Part shown: piece after piece, positions 1-6,513 of the stretch | Position numbering within the stretch: position 1 is the first letter of the stretch | Layout of the letters: each line of letters begins with the position of its first letter | IMG/VR virus record: IMGVR_UViG_2534681663_000019 | Length of the DNA stretch: 8,764 nt | DNA from: a virus | Taxonomy: Duplodnaviria > Heunggongvirae > Uroviricota > Caudoviricetes | Strand: one strand, 5' to 3' | Notes under the pieces: generated by a model | Databases searched by the model: none | What the model saw: the letters and a program-made list of their open reading frames with translations, nothing else | What the model was told of the DNA's origin: nothing | Translations under genes and position numbers: made by a program

Positions 1-1131
1 TCAAATGACCAGTCTTTTCCACTCCTTACCGCGTACATCGTTGTAAATATCGGTCATTTTTTGATTCGAATGGCCTAGCAAAATTTTGGTATCAACCCCC
101 TGCTCTCTGAACAATCGCTCTGATAAAGATCTCTGCTCATGGAAAGAGGGTGGGGTGCCATTATCACGCCAGTTGTAATCCACAGAATCCCGGGCTTTTT
201 TAAATGCAACGGTTAATGTTGCTGGCTTAACCATCCCGCCGCGCTTAGCTGTCCCTTTCGCGTGATGGTGGTGCAATAGCCACGGACTAAGAACGCAATC
301 GCGGCAGGATGACACCACATCATCCAGGGTGAGATTTAATTTATCGCAACGCAGAGCCAGAGGGATGGCAATCCGGGTTCCTGTTTTTTGCTGTTCGACA
401 TGAAGATAACCATCCCGGATATCCGAAAATTGCATTTTGCAAATATCTGAAAGGCGCTGGCCTGTCATCAGTGCCAGCAGCATACCGCGCTGTAAAAAGT
501 AACCATCCTTTTCCGCTGCGTTATAAATCATCATCCACTCATCAAAAGTCAGTCGCTGTCTTGATATCCGCACCTGCGGTTTTTTTGCCGATTCTGCAGG
601 GTTAAAGCCTGGCGGGACATCGCCCGTTTGCTGAGCTTCCCGGAAAACATCGATCAGTACTTTCCTGAAAATTTGTCCCATTCTGTTATGTCCTCTGGCC
701 TTGTACTCTTCCAGTACTGATACCACATCTTTTACGGTTATGGCATCTAACGGTCTGGTGCCAAAACGTTCATCAAATACCCTGAGAGGGGCCGCTTTCT
801 GTTTCAGCGTGTTGAGTTTGATCTCGCCGTTTTCATATCTTTCCTGTTGAATTTTTCTGTAATTATTCAGAAAAATGGTAACGGTTGATGAACCGCCGGT
901 ATCACTAATAATTTTCTCCTGCAGACTGAGCATTTGTTCCATTTGCTGCCGGGCAAGACGGCTGTTCGCTTCTGCTGCAATAGTTTCTGCCAGTTTCTGG
1001 TCAATACTGCCGAGACCGTGATTTTTGCCTGTTATGGGATGCCTGTAACGCCAGTAAACTTTGTTATTTCTTTTGTCAAAATACGGAGATAATCCCGGAA
1101 CATTGGTTTTATATTTTCGCGGGCGCGCCAT
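1..1131 (-). CDS. int: Prophage integrase, lambda-family tyrosine recombinase (376 aa, complete)
   Basis: Full-length minus-strand ORF. Motif pattern matches lambda Int along its length: N-terminal arm-binding region (RPRKYKTNVPGLSPYF...YWRYRHPITGK), RLTFDEW..IYNAAE, GQRLSDIC.MQFSDI.DGYL.VEQQKTG..IAIP.AL, PPSFHEQRSLSERL, LLGHSNQKMTDIYNDVRGKEW with the catalytic Tyr. Its 5' end overlaps the 3' end of xis by 23 nt, the usual xis-int arrangement. Confidence 0.93.
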   Translation of the reverse strand: MARPRKYKTNVPGLSPYFDKRNNKVYWRYRHPITGKNHGLGSIDQKLAETIAAEANSRLARQQMEQMLSLQEKIISDTGGSSTVTIFLNNYRKIQQERYENGEIKLNTLKQKAAPLRVFDERFGTRPLDAITVKDVVSVLEEYKARGHNRMGQIFRKVLIDVFREAQQTGDVPPGFNPAESAKKPQVRISRQRLTFDEWMMIYNAAEKDGYFLQRGMLLALMTGQRLSDICKMQFSDIRDGYLHVEQQKTGTRIAIPLALRCDKLNLTLDDVVSSCRDCVLSPWLLHHHHAKGTAKRGGMVKPATLTVAFKKARDSVDYNWRDNGTPPSFHEQRSLSERLFREQGVDTKILLGHSNQKMTDIYNDVRGKEWKRLVI

Positions 1132-1357
1132 CTTCCAGTATCCTCTTCAAAGCAGGGTGATCTGTGGCGATCACCTCCGGCTTGTTTACCATTCCGACAA
1201 AGCGAGCTTGCGGATCCACTCGCCAGCGTCTTCCAACTTTTTTGGGGAGAGGAAATATCATTCCGGCTTTAGCGTATTTACTTAACGTACTCGGAGTAGG
1301 GACCGGTTCACTGAATTCCTCTTTTGCCCACTCAGTGAGCAGAATAAGTCTTGCCAT
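1109..1357 (-). CDS. xis: Excisionase (Xis, 82 aa)
   Basis: Small ORF directly upstream of and overlapping int. Resembles lambda Xis in pattern (LTEWAK ~ LTLQEW; GMIFPLPKKVGRRWRV ~ RIFPPPVKDGREY). No strong Shine-Dalgarno is visible, so the exact start is uncertain. Confidence 0.85.
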   Translation of the reverse strand: MARLILLTEWAKEEFSEPVPTPSTLSKYAKAGMIFPLPKKVGRRWRVDPQARFVGMVNKPEVIATDHPALKRILEDGAPAKI

Positions 1358-1421
1358 GAGCGTCGTTCGCTAATCATGGTCGCCGCCACTATAGCTGGTG
1401 GGCAACGACCGGGGTTGAACA

Positions 1422-3893
1422 TTAAAAATCAGCCTGATTCGGGATCAGTTTTTGCCAGATAGTTGAAACGTATTTTGCCTGGTAACGGGCATCATCCAGC
1501 GCATTGTGGCGCTCACCTTCGAATGGAATAGCCGCCCTGGCATCGAAGTCCATGGCTTTTCCCAGCTCAACGATTGTGCGTACATCGCGATCGTTGTAGT
1601 AACGCCACGGGCAGGGGATCCCCTGCCGTTCGTATGAACGGCGCAAAATCGTGTTGTCGAAGTTGGCTCCATTTCCCCAGACCTGAACAAAAAATTCACC
1701 GGAGTTTTCGTCGATAAATTCCCGCAATTGTAACAGTGCATCATCTAACGGGATTTCATCGGTCATAATGGCAGATTGCGCTTCGCGTGATTGCTTAAGC
1801 CACCATTTAATGGTGTCCCGATCAATGACTCCGCCAGCAGTTTCCAGATCGATAGTCTTACTAAATTCCGGTCCCATATCTCCGGTTTGCGGATCGAAAA
1901 ATATTGCACCTATTGAGATGATCGGGGCATCAGGATTTTTTCCCATGGTTTCAAGGTCGATCATTAGATGGTCACACGTCCTGCTGGTGGATGTGATTTC
2001 TTGATGACCGTTCACCTTAATTGAGTGATCTGCCGTCTCGCCAGTTTCATTATCGCTGGCATGATGCTGATTGCCGCCAGTATTCTCCTTGTGTGGATGT
2101 TCAGCGCCTTCCATTTCCTCCGGATCATCTTCCTGAACTTCAACCTGATACTCTTCATCGAATGTTTCCTGGTATGTTGCGTCGCCCATCACCGCGCCAC
2201 AATCAGGGCAGTTGCCGCCGCCGGTCTGACCGCAGGCGGTGCAGACTTTTTCCACTTCCTGTTGCGCCACTGGTTCAGGCTGTTTCGTTTCTGGCTCGTT
2301 TTGTAACGCATTTGGGCTGTTTTGTTCCGCTTTTTGGTAGTTCCGTTCCGATTCATGCTGGTTCTGGTTTACAGAATCGCGGGTCTGGATCCCCTTAACC
2401 CATTTCGGATCATTCGGGTCGCTAATCCCTGCAACAAATTCTCCGCGAGAGGCAGCAAGCAACTTATCGGCGTCAGGCTGGCTGATATTGGCTGCCTGCA
2501 TAATTTTGTTTACTTCGTCAGCGGTAACTTGTACCGGCCCTGGTTGTGCGGTCGTGTCAGATGCACCAGTATTTTGTTGTGAACCTGAGTATGTACAGTT
2601 TTTGCGGGCGAAATATTCTTCTTTCGTGATTTCAGTAGCCCCGGCAGCCAGTGCCTTATCCAGACCAGAAAGTTTGTTTGCGCGACCGTATTTTTCGCCA
2701 TCCTTGTCGGTGAAGAGGAAGTAGAACGGCCCCTCACGCTCTACAGATGGTTCGACTTCCACTTTGCATTCGGTTTTTTCGTTGTCCGGAATTGCCGTTT
2801 CCACTGCATCAGTTTCTGGTACTGGCGACGAGAGAGTATCAGTTGCGCTCTGATTTCTTCCTTCATCTTCAAACACGCCCTTTGTAGTCAGGTATTCAGT
2901 AATGTATTTGTTCAGTGCCACAGGGTCTTTGTGAATGTCGATCGGACGTTCACGGACAAGGCCAAAAATAGTCTGGCGGTCGTAGCGAAGGGCATCAGGC
3001 TGTTTGCGCATTGATGCCGAGATACGCTTCCAGTCTTCGCGGTCGTTGTCGATAACTTCATTTTTTGCCCAGCGATGGATGCTGCCGTCAATGTTTCCGG
3101 CATCCACATCACCAGGCCAGAGAGCGTAGGCCAGTTCGTCATCCAGTGTTTTCCATGTCTGCTTGTATTCGCGATGAATGGCAGCAATGACCAGGCTGAT
3201 TTTTCCTGTTGAATTTTCAGTGTGCTGTTGATTGACTCTGGCGCGGGCGAGATCAACAACAGACGTGTATTTTCCGGTTTCCTTGCGTTCACCTTCGCGA
3301 CGTTTTTTCCAGATGCGCATCTCTGCCTGAATTTCGGGCCATTTGGCACCAGGCTTACATTTATGCTTAACCCACCCGATGGCATGCAGCTTAAGCTCCG
3401 GATACATGGCGTTAACTTCTGGCATTTTCATCAACGCTTCAACGATATGTCCGTCGAATGTTGCCATGTCTTCCTGCAACAATTCCTGTGCGCTAATAAC
3501 CATATCAACGGTGATGTTTTCACATGTGTCGAACTTAACCATGAGAGCGTTCTGTACTTCAGGGGCCAGCTTGTCAAAAGTGACGTTCATCAGATCGGAT
3601 TCAGTCTCAACTGGGACAAAAGAAGCAGAATCCTCATCCCAGCGGTTTTCCTGCATATATTCAGCATCCCATGAATCGAGGGCAGGGCGGGGTATGCCAG
3701 GTTTATCCTCGCAGATAATAAATTTATAAGCGCAGTCCTGAGCAGCCGGATAATGTTCCAGGAATTGCCAGTGAAATTTTGCTCGAGCACGGCGTTCGTC
3801 GCCAGCTTCAATGGCTGTGGCTACAGCCACAGCGCCTTCTTCCCTTGTTGCCAGTTCGTCAGGAATGGCGGCGCAAATAAAGACTTTACTCAT
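1422..3893 (-). CDS. Large prophage exonuclease (823 aa): RecE N-terminal-like region, acidic linker with CxxC-x7-CxxC zinc ribbon, C-terminal DnaQ-like DEDDh 3'-5' exonuclease domain
   Basis: Uninterrupted 823-codon ORF. The C-terminal ~180 aa carry the DEDD motifs in order (MIDLETMG; VWGNGANFD; HNALDDARYQAKY), which is diagnostic of the DnaQ/RNase T superfamily. Residues ~475-506 (DKLLAASRGEFVAGISDPNDPKWVKGIQTRD) match, from memory, a segment of the non-catalytic N-terminal part of Rac RecE. The N-terminal ~300 aa probably correspond to the truncated Qin ydfE of K-12 (recollection only). Confidence 0.85.
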   Translation of the reverse strand: MSKVFICAAIPDELATREEGAVAVATAIEAGDERRARAKFHWQFLEHYPAAQDCAYKFIICEDKPGIPRPALDSWDAEYMQENRWDEDSASFVPVETESDLMNVTFDKLAPEVQNALMVKFDTCENITVDMVISAQELLQEDMATFDGHIVEALMKMPEVNAMYPELKLHAIGWVKHKCKPGAKWPEIQAEMRIWKKRREGERKETGKYTSVVDLARARVNQQHTENSTGKISLVIAAIHREYKQTWKTLDDELAYALWPGDVDAGNIDGSIHRWAKNEVIDNDREDWKRISASMRKQPDALRYDRQTIFGLVRERPIDIHKDPVALNKYITEYLTTKGVFEDEGRNQSATDTLSSPVPETDAVETAIPDNEKTECKVEVEPSVEREGPFYFLFTDKDGEKYGRANKLSGLDKALAAGATEITKEEYFARKNCTYSGSQQNTGASDTTAQPGPVQVTADEVNKIMQAANISQPDADKLLAASRGEFVAGISDPNDPKWVKGIQTRDSVNQNQHESERNYQKAEQNSPNALQNEPETKQPEPVAQQEVEKVCTACGQTGGGNCPDCGAVMGDATYQETFDEEYQVEVQEDDPEEMEGAEHPHKENTGGNQHHASDNETGETADHSIKVNGHQEITSTSRTCDHLMIDLETMGKNPDAPIISIGAIFFDPQTGDMGPEFSKTIDLETAGGVIDRDTIKWWLKQSREAQSAIMTDEIPLDDALLQLREFIDENSGEFFVQVWGNGANFDNTILRRSYERQGIPCPWRYYNDRDVRTIVELGKAMDFDARAAIPFEGERHNALDDARYQAKYVSTIWQKLIPNQADF

Positions 3894-3986
3894 TTTGTTT
3901 TAACCTCATGACAGATTTAAGGATGAACAAATCCCTGCCATTGCTGGCATATAAGAATGAAACCGGATATTTATTACGGAACTGTT

Positions 3987-4178
3987 TTAAAGACCTGCCG
4001 GGATTTCGATATTATCCTGGTGAATAACTTTATCGACCGGGTAACAGTTACCGGGAATTTTCTGTTCGGTTGCTGCAGTCATACACTCCTGCATTGTCCT
4101 GTGAACACTGACTGCAATATCAACTGGCTCTCCGGAAACAAGAAAAACTGTCAGAACAAGTGCAAATGCTGTATTCAT
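3987..4178 (-). CDS. ydfD: Small membrane/lysis-type protein, YdfD-like (63 aa)
   Basis: Start ATG overlaps the dicB stop as ATGA (translational coupling). Hydrophobic N-terminus (MNTAFALVLTVFLVSG). Size and sequence agree with my memory of Qin YdfD. An alternative in-frame ATG lies 9 nt upstream at 4187. Confidence 0.7.
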   Translation of the reverse strand: MNTAFALVLTVFLVSGEPVDIAVSVHRTMQECMTAATEQKIPGNCYPVDKVIHQDNIEIPAGL

Positions 4179-4363
4179 TGCCAGCATCCTTTTTGTATCG
4201 GACGTAAACGGGCCAACATTGAAAGAATGCATATTTTATTTAATAGCTCCCGTTCGTGTTTTCTCTTGTTAATGGCATCTTCAGTAAATACAGGGTTACT
4301 GATAGTGACACCAATTTCAAAACAACCTTCAGACGTATTAACGTTTGGTAATAACGTTTTCAT
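4175..4363 (-). CDS. dicB: Cell-division inhibitor DicB (62 aa)
   Basis: The internal ATG at 4363 is preceded by GAGGA with a 7-nt spacer. The product MKTLLPNVNTSEGCFEIGVTISNPVFTEDAINKRKHERELLNKICILSMLARLRPIQKGCWQ is 62 aa and matches my recollection of E. coli DicB nearly residue for residue. The longer 97-aa ORF in the track has no good RBS and is taken as an upstream extension artefact. Confidence 0.85.
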   Translation of the reverse strand: MKTLLPNVNTSEGCFEIGVTISNPVFTEDAINKRKHERELLNKICILSMLARLRPIQKGCWQ

Positions 4364-4532
4364 TATCGCGTCCTCAACAATGAGTTTTGTGATGCGGTGC
4401 CTGGTGCCTCCAGGTGACGTTAACCAGTTAACAATTAACGCCGGATACAGAGAATCCAACCATAACACTGTTTTTGGTTTTAACTGTTCCGCGTGCGCTC
4501 AGCCGCATTCACCGCATCACAAAATTCACTTT

Positions 4533-4590
4533 AAAAAGGGCGGCAGAGCAGTCACGGAGTAAAACTGATACCGCCAAACGTCACCAGAAA
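4533..4590 (-). ncRNA. dicF: DicF small RNA (53 nt plus U-tail), with its intrinsic terminator
   Basis: Minus strand reads TTTCTGGTGACGTTTGGCGGTATCAGTTTTACTCCGTGACTGCTCTGCCGCCCTTTTT, identical to the DicF sequence as I remember it. It ends in a GC-rich hairpin (GGCGG...GCCGCC) followed by a T5 tract (4533-4537), a Rho-independent terminator. It sits between ydfC and dicB, as in the dicB operon. Confidence 0.8.
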
Positions 4591-4931
4591 ATTGATAACA
4601 GAGGGCGTTGCAGCGGGGTTGTCACTTAAGCGTATGGTCAACCTGACAACCTGGTGTCCTCAACGGGGGAAGGAATAACCCCGCCATACTTACCGCCGCG
4701 CCATTTCGCGGATTGCCACAACCGGAAGCGCACGGTCGACGAAAATTTAACGACAGGCTATCTATGAACCAGCTACCTCGCCGTGCGCTTTCGCGTTATG
4801 GTCTGACTTTTCAGGGAAATATCCTTTCAGTAAACTGTCAGTGCCGGATGCTCACCCGTGTCCGGCGCACGCACTCCACCTCACCCGTGGAGAACTCCTT
4901 AATTACCAACCTTAGCTTCGTTGGTTATCTA

Positions 4932-5150
4932 TTAACGCGGGTATGTAATCATTCTGGCAATGCTTAATGCCGCTGCTTTTTCCAGCCTGGTGATATCCTG
5001 CTCCAGAGCGGACAGATTTTCAGCCTGCTTAGCCCTGGCTTCATTGGCCCATTTCAAATCCTGCGCTGCATTAATTTTCTGGCGCATCCACTCATAAAGT
5101 TCATCATCGGTATAGTCTGGCGCGATGATGACGGGTTCTCGTTTCTGCAT
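4932..5150 (-). CDS. ydfC: YdfC-like small protein (72 aa), predicted coiled coil
   Basis: ATG at 5150 is preceded by AGGAG (5156-5160, minus strand). The product is 72 aa, as for Qin YdfC. Identity by recollection only. Confidence 0.7.
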   Translation of the reverse strand: MQKREPVIIAPDYTDDELYEWMRQKINAAQDLKWANEARAKQAENLSALEQDITRLEKAAALSIARMITYPR

Positions 5151-5221
5151 GTCGGCTCCTTGTGGTTAGCGTTGCCTGCTTTTAACCACGTCAGGCGAGG
5201 TGGTATCCTCTGAGGGGTCTG

Positions 5222-5578
5222 TTACTCGAGAGGAAATTGGTTATGAATACAATCAAGTTTTCTTGCCCAGAATGTGGTGGCGAAGTCTTTGACACATCCT
5301 TTAAACCGCAGGGCTCTGACAGTTTCGCGGGAGCCATCTGCAAAAATTGTGGTCACCTTGTAACTGAAGATGAGTCCTCGCAGTTTGATGACGAAATCGT
5401 TGACAATATCTTCGGTGCACTCACCAGAGACTTTCTGAAGTAAAGGCGCATACCGCTTAGTTACCGCTCTGATAATTCTTACCTGTCCGGCAATGGCGCT
5501 GATATCAATATAAAGCGCCATCGCTGTTTCTTTGCTGATCCCTGGACGCCTTCCATTCTGATGTTTGACTTCGCCCAC
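5222..5578 (-). CDS. Alternative gene model: minus-strand ORF (118 aa from GTG; possibly the ydfA/ydfB-equivalent position of the leftward operon)
   Basis: GTG at 5578 is preceded by AGAGGA with a 7-nt spacer, and the ORF is in the position and orientation expected for the first genes after the pL-like promoter. It is rich in rare Arg codons (AGA, AGG, CGA, CGG), has no recognisable motif, and overlaps the plus-strand zinc-ribbon ORF in an antisense frame that tends to stay open by chance. Only one of the two models is likely to be fully correct. Confidence 0.25.
   Translation of the reverse strand: MGEVKHQNGRRPGISKETAMALYIDISAIAGQVRIIRAVTKRYAPLLQKVSGECTEDIVNDFVIKLRGLIFSYKVTTIFADGSRETVRALRFKGCVKDFATTFWARKLDCIHNQFPLE
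5243..5443 (+). CDS. Candidate small zinc-ribbon protein (66 aa) encoded antisense to the leftward operon
   Basis: ATG at 5243 with a strong SD (AGGAAA at 5231-5236, 6-nt spacer). Two CxxCG knuckles (CPECGG and CKNCGH) 24 residues apart, acidic C-terminus. Only one rare Arg codon. Followed by a possible hairpin (TGGCGCT-13 nt-AGCGCCA, 5494-5520) and a T-rich stretch. Conflicts with the minus-strand ORF 5222-5578, which is in the same codon register. Confidence 0.4.
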   Translation: MNTIKFSCPECGGEVFDTSFKPQGSDSFAGAICKNCGHLVTEDESSQFDDEIVDNIFGALTRDFLK

Positions 5579-5761
5579 TGAGAAATCCTCTGTTTCCCCT
5601 TAACGCCGGGGTAGCGGAACAAAAACCTGCTGCATAGTTATTAAAGTTGAACCCTGCCGTCATGTTCTTACGCCTCGGGCTGGCTACTTAACCCCTGACC
5701 ACTGCCTGGTAACTCGAAGTATTGCCCTGCATTCTGTAGGATGGGGTGAGGGAATGAATGA

Positions 5762-5790
5762 AGTTTAGAAAAACGAACTTTTCAGGTCAA
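5762..5790 (-). promoter_or_regulatory. pL-like sigma70 promoter for the leftward operon (-35 TTGACC, 17-nt spacer, -10 TAAACT)
   Basis: Minus strand reads TTGACC (5790-5785), then 17 nt, then TAAACT (5767-5762). It lies about 85 bp downstream of the repressor stop and upstream of the first operon ORFs. The -35 is overlapped by a near-palindrome AATGTTTTGATAAAAAAACATT that shares the TTTTGAT motif with the cro/repressor intergenic region. Confidence 0.45.
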
Positions 5791-5874
5791 TGTTTTTTTA
5801 TCAAAACATTTTAAGCAGGCAGCTGTTAAGCCATCACCACGATGGCATACAGTTAATCAAATAGATGAGGTTGG

Positions 5875-6513
5875 TTAAATATCTTGTTGAATTTTAAAGC
5901 ATACGCCCAATATGCAAGATAGATCATCCAGCATAATTGAAGGGTAGCGAGGATTCGTGGGGACTAAAAGAATATCCGGCCCTTCTATCTCCAGTTTACG
6001 AATGACAGGTGTTGTGGTCCCTTTGGGTAAGGCAAGGACAATATTTCCTGGTTGTACGGTTCGATCGGGATCAACAAAAACTGTTGAACCATTTGGGATG
6101 GAAACTCCCCCACCAGATGTTGACATACTGTCACTCTCTAGAACAACTGCAAAGGTATTGACCGGGATTTCTCCGACAAGCTGCACACAAGAGGTTATTG
6201 AGGAATTTTTCATATAATCACTCCAGCTTGCTGCCTGCTGAAGTGATAGTAGCGGAACCGTTTTTATCGGCGGTAAAGATAGATCAAGCGAATCACCTGT
6301 ATTTAACTCTCCTCCATTAAGAAGCCAATTTTCGTTTACTTTCAATATTTTTGCCAGTGAACTTATGTAACGCGAGGACGGCGCTCCTCCACCGTTCATC
6401 CATTGACTTACGGAGCCTTTTGATGCGCCAGTGCCATTGACAAGGTCTTTGCCTTTCAGGTTTAGCGCATGCATACGTTGGGTTATGCGTTCAGATATAG
6501 TTTGCTTGCTCAT
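5875..6513 (-). CDS. Prophage repressor, cI/LexA-like (N-terminal HTH plus C-terminal S24 autopeptidase domain, 212 aa)
   Basis: N-terminal HTH (ISERITQRMHALNLKGKDLVNGTGASKGSVSQWMNG). C-terminal domain has the S24 Ser/Lys dyad context (ESDSMSTSGG ... VIRKLEIEG) and a candidate cleavage region (QQAASW). Diverges from the Cro-like gene. No obvious SD, so possibly leaderless like lambda cI from PRM. Confidence 0.9.
   Translation of the reverse strand: MSKQTISERITQRMHALNLKGKDLVNGTGASKGSVSQWMNGGGAPSSRYISSLAKILKVNENWLLNGGELNTGDSLDLSLPPIKTVPLLSLQQAASWSDYMKNSSITSCVQLVGEIPVNTFAVVLESDSMSTSGGGVSIPNGSTVFVDPDRTVQPGNIVLALPKGTTTPVIRKLEIEGPDILLVPTNPRYPSIMLDDLSCILGVCFKIQQDI

Noticed and set aside
1061-1373. 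Plus-strand ORFs of 74 and 69 aa overlapping the xis/int junction
   Set aside because: Antisense to well-supported xis and int coding sequence, with no SD or motifs.
2021-3729. Multiple plus-strand ORFs (78-150 aa) inside the exonuclease gene
   Set aside because: All are antisense to an 823-codon ORF with clear domain signatures. Their products are low-complexity or Cys/Phe/Leu-rich, typical of antisense frames.
4175-4468. 97-aa extended version of the dicB ORF
   Set aside because: The upstream in-frame Met has no ribosome-binding site and would read through the DicF terminator region. The internal ATG at 4363 has a GAGGA SD and gives the expected 62-aa product.
3957-4562. 201-aa plus-strand ORF (Cys-rich, low complexity)
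   Set aside because: It lies antisense across the dicB, ydfD and dicF loci, which have RBSs, translational coupling and recognisable products. No SD, and the composition looks like an antisense artefact.
4591-4931. Retron-like msr/msd or other reverse-transcribed ncRNA, suggested by the nested inverted repeats
   Set aside because: No reverse transcriptase gene anywhere in the window, and the repeats do not flank the region in the a1/a2 arrangement typical of retrons.
4713-4967. 84-aa plus-strand ORF
   Set aside because: Overlaps the ydfC 3' end and the structured non-coding region on the opposite strand. No SD and no recognisable features.
5505-5663. 52-aa minus-strand ORF (MTAGFNFNNYAAGF...) in the leader downstream of the pL-like promoter, considered as a ydfA-sized gene
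   Set aside because: Gly/Arg/Ser-rich low-complexity product, mediocre SD, and it overlaps the start of the better-supported GTG ORF in another frame. Kept only as a remote possibility.
5579-5760. Lambda-type nutL (boxA/boxB) antitermination site in the leftward leader
   Set aside because: Only a weak CCCC-8 nt-GGGG hairpin, no boxA-like CGCTCTTA and no N-like gene. The operon resembles the Qin/dicB type rather than an N-dependent one.
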